A stretch of 64,000 nt of DNA from Patescibacteria group bacterium (GTDB lineage: Bacteria; Patescibacteriota; Microgenomatia; Curtissbacterales; GWA2-41-24), in contig JBBTUN010000004.1 of the NCBI GenBank assembly GCA_038063735.1, positions 12,111 through 76,110 on the forward strand, given 5' to 3'. The notes beneath the pieces were generated by a model. It saw only the letters and a program-made list of their open reading frames with translations, was not told where the DNA came from and did not search any database. Each line of letters opens with the position of its first letter. Positions within the stretch are counted from its first letter, which is position 1. Below, piece after piece: positions 30,799 through 39,975 of this stretch. A program made the translations under genes and the position numbers.

Positions 30799-31878
30799 AT
30801 GGAAAACCAACAAAATATTAACGATCTATTAGAAAGGTACGAAATTATTAAAAAGAGTTTCGATCCATTACAAAGTCAAAAAGAACTAAGAGAGCTTGAG
30901 GCCAAAAGTAATATGCCTATCTTTTGGCATGATACGCAAAACGCCAAAAAAATTATGAAAAAGATTGCAAATATCCAAAGAGAAATAGAAACTTTTGAGA
31001 ATTTAAATAAGGATATCAACGACCTAAAAGGGATGCTAGATCTTGGGGAGAACGATCTAAATATGGAACAGGAACTAACGAAGGAACTTAAAAGAGTGGA
31101 AAAGAACCTTGAAGACTTTGAAGTTAAAATGTTTTTGTCCGGCCCATACGATAAAAATTATGCGATTATTTCTATCCATGCCGGCCAGGGGGGAACAGAA
31201 GCTATGGATTGGGTGGGTATGTTGTCGCGTATGTATCAAAAATTCTTCACAAAATCCGATTGGAATTTTGAAGTTCTTGACGAAATACCGGGAGAAGAAG
31301 CTGGTTTTAAAACCGTCACCACGATAGTAAACGAAGATTACGCTTACGGACTCCTGAGAGGTGAGGCAGGCGTACACAGGCTTGTCAGACAGTCCCCTTT
31401 TAATGCAGACGGCTTAAGGCAGACATCGTTTGCACTTGTCGAAATTATGCCGGAAATTGAAGAGGGTGAAGCAGATGTTGAGATACGTGACGAGGATATA
31501 GAATTTGAAGCATACAGGTCCGGAGGTCACGGAGGCCAAAATGTTAACAAAGTCTCAACAGCAGTTCGACTTAAGCATATTCCAACGGGTATTGTAGTAA
31601 CATGCCAAACTCAAAGATATCAGGCACAAAATAGAGAAAATGCCCTCAAATTACTTAAGGCAAAACTCTGGATTTTAAGGCAAGCTGCAGACAAAAAAGA
31701 AAAAGACGCCCTAAAAGGTGGTCATGTTACACCAGGATGGGGCAATCAAATTCGCTCGTATGTTCTTCATCCGTACAAAATGGTCAAGGACCTAAGAACA
31801 AATTACGAAACACAAGACGCTCAAGCTGTACTGGACGGAGATCTCCAAAACTTTATAAAAGCAGAAATATCGATATAG
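30799..31878 (+). CDS. prfB: peptide chain release factor 2 (single uninterrupted ORF)
   Basis: SPF motif, [12 protein letters not shown]. Confidence 0.95.
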   Translation: MENQQNINDLLERYEIIKKSFDPLQSQKELRELEAKSNMPIFWHDTQNAKKIMKKIANIQREIETFENLNKDINDLKGMLDLGENDLNMEQELTKELKRVEKNLEDFEVKMFLSGPYDKNYAIISIHAGQGGTEAMDWVGMLSRMYQKFFTKSDWNFEVLDEIPGEEAGFKTVTTIVNEDYAYGLLRGEAGVHRLVRQSPFNADGLRQTSFALVEIMPEIEEGEADVEIRDEDIEFEAYRSGGHGGQNVNKVSTAVRLKHIPTGIVVTCQTQRYQAQNRENALKLLKAKLWILRQAADKKEKDALKGGHVTPGWGNQIRSYVLHPYKMVKDLRTNYETQDAQAVLDGDLQNFIKAEISI

Positions 31879-31975
31879 GTCAGTTTCTTGCCCAAGAACA
31901 AAAAATACTGATATAATTTAACAAATTATTATGCTAATTGGCCTTTTAAGGCCTCTGGTATATAATTAGACTTCA

Positions 31976-32449
31976 ATGGAAGATACTGCCACACAAAAAA
32001 TACCCGAGACAACACCACTGCGGTCTGTTCCTGCTAAAAACCCGCTGGGAGCATTAACTAAGGTTTTGCCGCTTTTTATTATCGCACTTATTGTTGGCCT
32101 CGGATTATTTACTGGCCTCATCCTGTCATCAAGAGCAAAAAGTGCTTCCATGGCCCCCGTTGCACAAAAAGAGGAAGACCTGACCCCAGAGGTAAAAGAA
32201 TCTTTTGCCCAAACTTTTAAAGATGAGGCAGAAGGCGTAATTGAGAAAAATGACAAACTGGACAAATATGCCCAGGGAACACATAAGCTGGTACGAACCG
32301 GCGGTGAATCACAAACAGCTTATTTAACGTCATCTATGCTGGATTTAGATGATTTTACGGGTAAAAAAATAAAAGTTTTTGGCGAGACCTTTGGATCCTC
32401 GCAGGTTGGCTGGCTTATGGACGTTGGGAAAGTAGAAGAATTAAAATAA
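31976..32449 (+). CDS. hypothetical single-TM protein
   Basis: one TM then a beta-rich domain; TATAAT 9 nt upstream. Confidence 0.6.
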   Translation: MEDTATQKIPETTPLRSVPAKNPLGALTKVLPLFIIALIVGLGLFTGLILSSRAKSASMAPVAQKEEDLTPEVKESFAQTFKDEAEGVIEKNDKLDKYAQGTHKLVRTGGESQTAYLTSSMLDLDDFTGKKIKVFGETFGSSQVGWLMDVGKVEELK

Positions 32450-32470
32450 CTCCCCAACTAGCTTCATCCC

Positions 32471-33157
32471 ATGATTAAATTTGAATCAGTCAATAAAAAA
32501 TATCATTCTGGCGAAACAGCACTTGAGGATATAAGTGTCACAATAGAGAATGGCGATTTCGTTTTTGTAGTTGGTACATCTGGCGCCGGTAAATCCACAC
32601 TCTTAAAACTTATAACCCGTGAAATATTGCCAACAAGCGGGCATATATATTTTAACGATCAGGATATTTTAAAGATCCCAAGAAGCAAAGTGCCAATTTT
32701 AAGAAGACGAATTGGAACAGTCTTTCAGGACTTTAAACTTCTTTTAACAAAAACAGTTTTTGAAAACGTAGCCGTACCTCTTGAGGTCTTGTCGCAGAAA
32801 GAATCGACAATAGAAAGGGAAGTATCAACAGTTTTGGAGAAAGTTGGTCTTTTAGAAAAAGCAAACAGTTTCCCCCTGCAGCTTTCTGGTGGAGAAATAC
32901 AAAGAACCGCGATAGCAAGAGCGATAGTTTCCAAGCCGGAGATATTGCTTGCGGATGAACCAACAGGCGACCTGGACCCTAAAAACTCACTGGATATAGT
33001 AAGACTACTGGAAAAAATTAACCAGGACGACAAAACGATAGTTATTATGGCTACCCACAACGCTCAGGTTGTTAACCATTTTAAAAAAAGAGTCATAGTG
33101 CTAGATAAAGGTAAAATAGTAAAAGACGAAAAAGAAGGAAAATATGAGACAAGCTAA
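32471..33157 (+). CDS. ftsE: cell division ATP-binding protein FtsE
   Basis: GTSGAGKST, LRRRIGTVFQDFKLL, LSGGE; adjacent to ftsX. Confidence 0.92.
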   Translation: MIKFESVNKKYHSGETALEDISVTIENGDFVFVVGTSGAGKSTLLKLITREILPTSGHIYFNDQDILKIPRSKVPILRRRIGTVFQDFKLLLTKTVFENVAVPLEVLSQKESTIEREVSTVLEKVGLLEKANSFPLQLSGGEIQRTAIARAIVSKPEILLADEPTGDLDPKNSLDIVRLLEKINQDDKTIVIMATHNAQVVNHFKKRVIVLDKGKIVKDEKEGKYETS

Positions 33158-34016
33158 ACAAGCGATAAAGATTATAAGAAGAAGCCCGTATCAAGCCCTT
33201 GCTGCCACTCTTGCAATGTCTCTTACATTTTTCATTACCTCCATATTCGTCATATTAATTATTGGGGGACAAATAGTCCTCAATTATATTGAACAAAGAC
33301 CCCAGGTAATTGCTTTTTTTAAGGACGATGCCAAAGAATCCCAAATTAACGAAGTGATGGAAAAAGTAAAAAGTACAAACCTTATTAAAGATGTGAAATA
33401 TGTTTCCAAAGAAGAAGCCTTAGCAATTTACAGAGAAAGAAATAAAGATGAACCACTGCTATTAGAATCTGTAACCGCTGATTTCTTGCCGGCATCAATT
33501 GATATTTCTGTAAAAAAGGCCCAAGACATAAACGAAGTAACAAAACTTATTAAAGAAAACCCACTAGTAGAAAGAGTAATAACGCCGGAAAATCTGGTGG
33601 AGCAATTAGTTAAATGGACTAAAACTATAAGAACAGGCGGTATTGTTTTTGTCTCCACACTGCTTGCGGTTTCCTTCCTTATTATAATAATGGTAATAGG
33701 TATGAGAATAGCCTTAAGACGTGACGAAATCAGCATTATGAGTCTGGTAGGCGCTACAAAGTGGTACATTTCTAAACCATTTTTTATAGAGGGAGCTTTT
33801 TATGGGGTTGTTGGTGCATCTATTGCCGTGTTTTTAACCTACGTATTAATATTATTCTACTCTCCAAATATCCAGCAATTTTTAGGTCCAATTCAAGTAT
33901 TTCCAATAGACCCCCTCTTTTTCATCTATCTGTGGCTTGGGGAAATGTTATGCGCCGTATCAATTGGGATAGTTGGCGCAAGCATCGCCCTCTACAGATA
34001 TTTGAAGATTAAATGA
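33144..34016 (+). CDS. ftsX: cell division permease FtsX
   Basis: RRDEISIMSLVGATKWYISKPFFIEG; 4-TM layout. Confidence 0.92.
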   Translation: MRQAKQAIKIIRRSPYQALAATLAMSLTFFITSIFVILIIGGQIVLNYIEQRPQVIAFFKDDAKESQINEVMEKVKSTNLIKDVKYVSKEEALAIYRERNKDEPLLLESVTADFLPASIDISVKKAQDINEVTKLIKENPLVERVITPENLVEQLVKWTKTIRTGGIVFVSTLLAVSFLIIIMVIGMRIALRRDEISIMSLVGATKWYISKPFFIEGAFYGVVGASIAVFLTYVLILFYSPNIQQFLGPIQVFPIDPLFFIYLWLGEMLCAVSIGIVGASIALYRYLKIK

Positions 34017-35191
34017 GAAAAATATTAGTATTTTTTTCTACACTTTTTATAACCTCAGTTTTTTGCATATCGATTATCCGTGCGGTATCCCTAGAAGATT
34101 GTGAAAAAAATCCGGATAGCAATCTAGGCGATTGTATAAACCTGTTAACCTCAAAAGTAAGCGATTTAACTAGTCAGAAAAAAACCCTCTCTTCCCAAAT
34201 AAGCCAATTCGATACACAACTCAAAATAACACAGTTAAAAATAGCGGATTCCGAAAAAACTATTGCTCTGTTAGAAAAAGAAATAGGAATTTTGGGCTTC
34301 AGAATTGGTTATGTAACAGACTCAATTGATAAGCTTGAGGGGTTGGTAAAGCAAAGAATAGTTGCAACCTATCAACAAAGTTTTGTTTCCGATCTAGAAC
34401 TGGTTGCCGCTTCAAATGATTTCTCAGACCTGATTCTCAGGCTTCAATATATTAAACAAGTTCAGGAAAATGACAAAAAAATCTTGGCAAGTCTCCAAGC
34501 AACAAAAACAAATTATGCAAACCAAAAAGACGAAAGAGAAACAAAGCAAGCCGCAATCGAAGAACAAAAAACTAAACTGGAAGCCTTAAAAATAAACTTG
34601 GATAAACAAAAGACAGAGAAGCAGGCATTTTTAGAGATTACCAAAAACGATGAATCCAGATATCAAAAATTGCTGGCTGAAGCACAAGCAGAGCGGGCAA
34701 TTGTTTTTGGAGGGGGAACGGACATATTTATGCGTGATGTAAAACAAGGCGACACAATTGGATCAGTCGCATCCCACGGCGCAAGCCCGGGCTGTTCAAG
34801 CGGCGCCCATCTTCACTTCGAAGTACACAAAAACGGTAACCTGGAAGACCCAAACAATTATTTAAGATCGGGCGGTTTTAGTTATTCTTATCCCGATTCC
34901 CAATACTCTACTTATGGCACAATTAACCCTCGTGGTGACTTACCATGGCCGCTAAATGAGCCGATAACCATAAATCAGGGTTACGGGTCACACAGCTTTG
35001 CAAAATCATTTTATTACAATGGAATTCATGCAGGTATAGACATGGATTCATCATCAAGTTCTGTTAAAGCGGTAAAAGATGGAAAATTATATGGAGGCTC
35101 TTACAATTGTTCGAAGGGGAAATTATACTACGCAAAAGTCGAGCACAGTGATGGGCTTACAACTTGGTACTTACACATCATCCCCAACTAG
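34013..35191 (+). CDS. EnvC/CwlO-like coiled-coil protein with circularly permuted M23 peptidase domain
   Basis: signal peptide, long coiled coil (ASNDFSDLILRLQY); HLHFEV precedes HAGID and WYLH. Confidence 0.8.
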   Translation: MRKILVFFSTLFITSVFCISIIRAVSLEDCEKNPDSNLGDCINLLTSKVSDLTSQKKTLSSQISQFDTQLKITQLKIADSEKTIALLEKEIGILGFRIGYVTDSIDKLEGLVKQRIVATYQQSFVSDLELVAASNDFSDLILRLQYIKQVQENDKKILASLQATKTNYANQKDERETKQAAIEEQKTKLEALKINLDKQKTEKQAFLEITKNDESRYQKLLAEAQAERAIVFGGGTDIFMRDVKQGDTIGSVASHGASPGCSSGAHLHFEVHKNGNLEDPNNYLRSGGFSYSYPDSQYSTYGTINPRGDLPWPLNEPITINQGYGSHSFAKSFYYNGIHAGIDMDSSSSSVKAVKDGKLYGGSYNCSKGKLYYAKVEHSDGLTTWYLHIIPN

Positions 35192-35220
35192 TTGACAAAA
35201 CTACTACAAATAATTATGGT
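35192..35220 (+). promoter_or_regulatory. sigma70 promoter, probably leaderless
   Basis: TTGACA-17 nt-TATGGT, 6 nt before ATG 35227. Confidence 0.65.
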
Positions 35221-35226
35221 CATTCT

Positions 35227-36078
35227 ATGCCCAAACAAGTACTAGTTGTACTCGCGTTTTTGTTTTTCTTATTTTTTGCTCCGAAAAATCTCCTTGCAGC
35301 AAACATTACAATAAATGAGTTTTTAGCAGAGCCTGCAGGAGACGAGAAAGAATGGATCGAGATAAAAAGTGATGAATCTGTAGATCTCTCAAATTATTAT
35401 CTTAAAGACAAAGTCGGAACTAAGAAAGATTTAGGCACCATACAGAACTGCGGCAGTTACTATTTGTGGGAGCTATCTGGCGGAGCAGGTTATTTAAATA
35501 ATTCTGGAGAAGAATCAATTTTTCTCTACGACCCACAAGATGCACTTGTTGACTCATACGAAAACTGGACCAACCCTGGTGAAAGCAAAACCTTGAGTAG
35601 GATCCCAGATGGAAATGGAGATTTTCAGGAAGCAGACGTCACGAAATGTGCGCAAAATACTGCTCCGGCAGATCCAACGCCGTCTCCGGACCCAAGCCCT
35701 ACCAGCGCACCTTCGTCAACGACGTCCACCAAGTCTCCAAGTCCAACACCAAAAAGCTCGCCTAAAAGCACTGCAAAATCCCCATCACCTACCCCTAAAC
35801 CATCAACCCAACCCAAAGAATCACCTCAAGTGCTTGGTAAAAATGATATTGCAGATTCAATATCGGCGCTTTCCGGCGATCAATTTTTAAATAGCCCGTC
35901 CCCAAATCCAAACCTATATCAAGCAGCCATAAGCAGTAATCTTGCCATAGTATTTATAGGTGTTGGTGCTGTACTAATTGGACTTTCGTTCGGCATGTAT
36001 TTATGGTACAAAAAAAGTTCAGAAAGACCGGAAATTAGTAAGGAAAAGGACAGATTTGAAGAAAACAAAGAAGAATAA
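35227..36078 (+). CDS. lamin-tail-domain surface protein with Pro/Ser/Thr linker and C-terminal TM anchor
   Basis: signal peptide, ITINEFL...EWIEI, LNNSGE, SRIPDG; PTPSP repeats; TM followed by basic residues. Confidence 0.8.
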   Translation: MPKQVLVVLAFLFFLFFAPKNLLAANITINEFLAEPAGDEKEWIEIKSDESVDLSNYYLKDKVGTKKDLGTIQNCGSYYLWELSGGAGYLNNSGEESIFLYDPQDALVDSYENWTNPGESKTLSRIPDGNGDFQEADVTKCAQNTAPADPTPSPDPSPTSAPSSTTSTKSPSPTPKSSPKSTAKSPSPTPKPSTQPKESPQVLGKNDIADSISALSGDQFLNSPSPNPNLYQAAISSNLAIVFIGVGAVLIGLSFGMYLWYKKSSERPEISKEKDRFEENKEE

Positions 36079-36445
36079 CAACTACAATTTTTTGAAAAAC
36101 TGGCTGCCCGTTTTTTTATGGGCGGCTATAATTTTCTATTTTTCTGCGTTTAAACAACCAAAAGTAAGCGAATTTTTTATCTGGGATTATGTCGTAAAAA
36201 AAATCGCGCATATAACAGAATATGCAATACTATATACACTAATTTATAGAGCTACGAAGCGAAACTTAATCCTCGCCTACATTATTACAATTTCATACGC
36301 AGCGACAGACGAATTTCATCAAAGCTTCGTTCTAGGTAGAACTGCAACGCCCCTGGACTTGGGATTTGATGCCTCTGGTGCTAATATAGCTACATATTTA
36401 TTATGGAAGTTAAAACAAATTCGCCGAAAGAAAGCCAGAAAGTAG
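35978..36445 (+). CDS. VanZ family membrane protein (start probably downstream of 35978)
   Basis: WAAIIFYFS, KKIAHITEYAIL, YAATDEFHQSFVLGR. Confidence 0.85.
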   Translation: MDFRSACIYGTKKVQKDRKLVRKRTDLKKTKKNNNYNFLKNWLPVFLWAAIIFYFSAFKQPKVSEFFIWDYVVKKIAHITEYAILYTLIYRATKRNLILAYIITISYAATDEFHQSFVLGRTATPLDLGFDASGANIATYLLWKLKQIRRKKARK

Positions 36446-36834
36446 CCGAAAAACTCGCCAAAACTCTCGTGGGTGGCGACGTTGTTGCCCTTTACGGAGA
36501 GCTTGGAGCAGGGAAGACTATTTTTGTACAGGGGCTGGCAAAAGGCCTAAATATTAAACGAAAACTAACGTCTCCCACATTTGTATTTATGAGAAGCTAC
36601 CCGTTTGTGCAAAAGAAAAAAGCACTCACTTTCTATCACTTAGACTTATATCGGGGTCAAGAAAAAGCAGATTTTAAAAATCTGGGTCTGGATGAAATTT
36701 TCTCCCCGGATTCTATAGTCGTTTTAGAATGGGCGGACAGAATAATGGAGAGCTTGCCAAAAAATAGGATAGATGTAGTCATAGAAACCGTCAATGAAAA
36801 AAAAAGAAAGATTAAAATCCGCCGAAATAAATAA
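36403..36834 (+). CDS. tsaE: t6A biosynthesis ATPase TsaE
   Basis: GELGAGKT, SPTF, YHLDLYR, LEWAD. Confidence 0.95.
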   Translation: MEVKTNSPKESQKVAEKLAKTLVGGDVVALYGELGAGKTIFVQGLAKGLNIKRKLTSPTFVFMRSYPFVQKKKALTFYHLDLYRGQEKADFKNLGLDEIFSPDSIVVLEWADRIMESLPKNRIDVVIETVNEKKRKIKIRRNK

Positions 36835-37363
36835 GGCTTCGGCAATACTTAAAAAAGGTGGGGTAATTATTTTCCCGACAGATACGGTTTATGGAATAGG
36901 TTGTATTTTCAACAATGTCAAAGCAATCAGTCGAATAAGAAAGATAAAAAACAGCGATCAATACTTCCCAATTCTTATATCCAGTGCTAAACAGGTAAAG
37001 AAAATCGCATATATTAACCCAAAGGCGGCAAGTCTTATGAAAAAATATTGGCCCGGTGCGCTTACTCTAATCCTTGCGGCAAAAGATGGAAGCAAAATCG
37101 GATTTAGAATGCCAGACTCGCCGCTCGTTTTAAAACTAATAGAAAAAGTTGGTTGCCCTATCGTTGGAACGTCTGCAAATTTTCATGGCACAAAACCACC
37201 TAAAGAATATGAAGATCTGGACGCTTATTCTTTAAAAGCAGTCGACTACGCCCTTAAAGGGGATTGCCTTCAAAAACAGGAATCAACCGTAGTTGATACA
37301 ACGACTGGCCCGGTCACCGTGCTAAGACAAGGAGCAATTAAATTAAATGAAACTGATTATTGA
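36794..37363 (+). CDS. tsaC: L-threonylcarbamoyladenylate synthase (YrdC/Sua5)
   Basis: FPTDTVYGIG, YWPGALTLIL, GTSAN, STVVD, LRQGAI. Confidence 0.93.
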   Translation: MKKKERLKSAEINKASAILKKGGVIIFPTDTVYGIGCIFNNVKAISRIRKIKNSDQYFPILISSAKQVKKIAYINPKAASLMKKYWPGALTLILAAKDGSKIGFRMPDSPLVLKLIEKVGCPIVGTSANFHGTKPPKEYEDLDAYSLKAVDYALKGDCLQKQESTVVDTTTGPVTVLRQGAIKLNETDY

Positions 37364-37673
37364 TTCAACAGACAGCAAAAACATAACTGTCAAAATCGAA
37401 GATAAAAAATCTGGTACTAGCGACTCGCTATTTGAGGAGCAAAAAACCGGCTCACAGGTTTTACTTCCCATGATAGACACTTTACTTAAAAAAAATAAAA
37501 TAACGTTGGCTCAAATAAAAGAAATCGAAGTTAATTCCGGCCCTGGCTCCTTTACCGGAACGCGTGTGGGCGTATCTATTGCAAATGCGCTGGGTTTTGC
37601 GCTAAATATTCCTGTCAATGGGAAAAAGGGTAAAATAGTAGTGCCGGTTTATGAAAAAAGTAAATTTGATTGA
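37347..37673 (+). CDS. tsaB: short TsaB (N-terminal domain only)
   Basis: GPGSFTGTRVG...ANAL; 108 aa. Confidence 0.85.
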   Translation: MKLIIDSTDSKNITVKIEDKKSGTSDSLFEEQKTGSQVLLPMIDTLLKKNKITLAQIKEIEVNSGPGSFTGTRVGVSIANALGFALNIPVNGKKGKIVVPVYEKSKFD

Positions 37674-37687
37674 GTTATTATCCTATT

Positions 37688-37715
37688 AACTATGAACCAT
37701 CAACTATGAACATTC
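37688..37715 (+). repeat. heptamer array overlapping the galE start
   Basis: AACTATG AACCATC AACTATG AACATTC. Confidence 0.7.
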
Positions 37716-38623
37716 TTGTAACAGGCGGAGCCGGATTTATAGGTTCGCATGTTGTAAAAATACTCCTCGACGCCGGCCACCAAGTTTCGGTTTTGGATAA
37801 TTTGTCTCTTGGCAGACGAGAGTCGGTAGACCTAAGAGCAAAACTTGTTGTAGGGGATATAAGCGACGCCCAAAAAGCAAAGGAGGCGCTCATGGGCACT
37901 GAAGCTGTCATTCACATGGCAGGGCTAATTGTCGTTCCGGATTCCGTTAAAGACCCAATAAAATATTGCACCACAAACGTTTTGGGCACGATCAAACTTT
38001 TGGAGGTTATGCGCGCGCTAAACGTCAAAAAGATAATTTTCTCATCTTCCGCATGTGTTTACGGAACACCGGAGAGTCTTCCCCTAAAAGAAAATGCAGC
38101 GGTTCATCCGGATAACCCGTACGGAGCATCCAAAGCTGCAATAGAATCCTATTTGCAAACATACAACGCAGTATATGGTTTTGATTCCATAATTCTGCGC
38201 TACTTTAATCCGTATGGCCCGGGTGAAATGCACGAGCCCGAAACGCACGCTATTCCGTGCTTTGTTAAATCGATCTTAGCCAAAAAACCAATACCTCTTT
38301 ACTGGAACGGTGAGCAAATTCGGGATTTTATCTATATAGACGACCTGGCAAAGGCGCACACCGGTGTCCTGGACTTAAAGGGGCACCAAATTTTCAATAT
38401 TGGCACAGAAAAAGGCGTAAAAGTAAGAGAAGTTATAGATTTATTATTTAAAATAGTTGGCTACGAGGTACCAATTGACGATTTGGGGCAAAGGCCGGGA
38501 GATGTGCCGGCAAATTATGCATCAAGCGCAAAGCTAATAAAAGCCATAGGATGGAAGGCAAATACTAGCTTAGAGGAAGGCCTAACTAAAACCGTAGAAT
38601 TTTTCAAAACCTTGACTAACTAG
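37706..38623 (+). CDS. galE: UDP-glucose 4-epimerase-like NAD-dependent epimerase
   Basis: MNILVTGGAGFIGSH, FSSSACVYG, YGASK, LRYFNPYG. Confidence 0.8.
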   Translation: MNILVTGGAGFIGSHVVKILLDAGHQVSVLDNLSLGRRESVDLRAKLVVGDISDAQKAKEALMGTEAVIHMAGLIVVPDSVKDPIKYCTTNVLGTIKLLEVMRALNVKKIIFSSSACVYGTPESLPLKENAAVHPDNPYGASKAAIESYLQTYNAVYGFDSIILRYFNPYGPGEMHEPETHAIPCFVKSILAKKPIPLYWNGEQIRDFIYIDDLAKAHTGVLDLKGHQIFNIGTEKGVKVREVIDLLFKIVGYEVPIDDLGQRPGDVPANYASSAKLIKAIGWKANTSLEEGLTKTVEFFKTLTN

Positions 38624-38716
38624 CTTCAAAACAATTATAATTACACACTAATAGCTGCGCCGGATGTGCAGTTTTTTATTATGCATTTGCGCGAATTAGC
38701 AGGTGCATATTTTTTT
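38612..38716 (+). promoter_or_regulatory. promoter followed by two tandem terminator-like hairpins
   Basis: TTGACT-18 nt-TATAAT; CTGCGC/GTGCAG plus T6; ATGCATTTGC/GCAGGTGCAT plus T7. Confidence 0.6.
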
Positions 38717-38727
38717 GAGGTGAAAAA

Positions 38728-39192
38728 ATGGCAGTAGAGGTTAAACACATTTGTACCATATCCAAGCACGAATTCAGGCCTAAAATCGTGCCGCCTGGCC
38801 ATCTAAGCATAAAAACATACGAAGATGAACATGGAAACGATTTGGCTGCGTTACACATTCGCTGTAAGCCTTCCGGTGTTGGTGTTGTCACTCCTTTTGA
38901 AAAATTTGGTGAAAGCAATGTCTCCGTCCATATTAAGGATTGGACAAAACCAGACGAACGTCCACTCATCCAGATCACAAGAGAACCGGTTTTAATAAGC
39001 GGCACCCAATACGTTGAGTTGGTTTCTAGAAGAACTACAAGAAGGCTAAGGGCAATGCATGTAGCCGAAAAAGAAACACCCGATAAAACAAAAGAAGCGT
39101 CAGCCGAAGAAAAAGTTGCAGAATTTGTAACAACCCCAAGAGATAGGAAAATCGCAAGTGCTACAAGTTCCCTTCGCGCAAGTTCGCACTGA
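38728..39192 (+). CDS. hypothetical protein
   Basis: 154 aa ORF with GAGGTG SD and an upstream promoter; no recognised motif. Confidence 0.6.
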   Translation: MAVEVKHICTISKHEFRPKIVPPGHLSIKTYEDEHGNDLAALHIRCKPSGVGVVTPFEKFGESNVSVHIKDWTKPDERPLIQITREPVLISGTQYVELVSRRTTRRLRAMHVAEKETPDKTKEASAEEKVAEFVTTPRDRKIASATSSLRASSH

Positions 39193-39343
39193 TCCACTTT
39201 CTTACTAATTCGTCCCAATTGACTTAAACTCGGTAAAAAACTTTAATTGCTTTGCGAAGATTTTTGGCCTGCTCAATCGACTCTGCCCAGTCAAAAATCT
39301 AAATGCACTGCCCAAATACTGTATTAATTAAAAAATTAGGACG

Positions 39344-39366
39344 AACCGCATTTGGCGGTTTTTTTT
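39344..39366 (+). terminator. intrinsic terminator-like hairpin in the tasA leader
   Basis: AACCGC-ATTTG-GCGGTT followed by a T run. Confidence 0.6.
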
Positions 39367-39407
39367 ATGTTGTTTTCTTAAATTCTAATAAAAAGGAGGT
39401 GACATAA

Positions 39408-39974
39408 ATGATAATTAATTCAAGAATTGCTCTTTCTCTGGCATCGATAGCCGCGGCAGGTTCATTGGTTGCAGGTGCAACCTTTGCCTTCTTTAGTGAT
39501 TCAGGAACAAGCAGCTCTAACTTGTTTAGCGCTGGCACGGTCGATCTTCTTCTCAGCGATGATGACCAAACAAATCTTGAGAATGTGACGGCAACCTTTG
39601 GTTCTGCAAATATGGCACCAGGTGATTGTACGACAGGGACTTTGAACATAAAAAACAACGGTACTATCGCAGCAAACCATGTGGATATTAGCATCACAAA
39701 TTCAAACGATGCTATGGATGATTATCTTAGAATCGACACACTTACCTATGATGCTGTTAATCAACTGCCATCACTTACAGACGGTCAGCCAAACACGCTT
39801 AAGGACTTAGATGACTTAGAAAATGATCCAGCAGCCAACCTAGCCTTAACGGATTTAGGGGTGAATCACCCGCTTGTTATGGGAGTATGTCTAGATGAAT
39901 CAGCACCAGATTCATTGCAGGGCGCAAGTAACGACATGACAATGACGGTTCTTTTAGATCAAGGACCCCATTAA
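39408..39974 (+). CDS. TasA/CalY (M73-like) family fibre subunit with SipW-type signal peptide
   Basis: GATFA|FFSDSGTSSSNLFSAGTVDL, NMAPGD, IKNNGT; perfect AAGGAGGTGA SD. Confidence 0.88.
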   Translation: MIINSRIALSLASIAAAGSLVAGATFAFFSDSGTSSSNLFSAGTVDLLLSDDDQTNLENVTATFGSANMAPGDCTTGTLNIKNNGTIAANHVDISITNSNDAMDDYLRIDTLTYDAVNQLPSLTDGQPNTLKDLDDLENDPAANLALTDLGVNHPLVMGVCLDESAPDSLQGASNDMTMTVLLDQGPH

Positions 39975-39975
39975 C

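Noticed and set aside
35660-35830. C-rich low-complexity tracts (also 40790-40870)
   Set aside because: They encode Pro/Ser/Thr linkers; not independent DNA elements
38679-39218. 179 aa minus-strand ORF
   Set aside because: It is antisense to the plus ORF that has a promoter and SD; no motif
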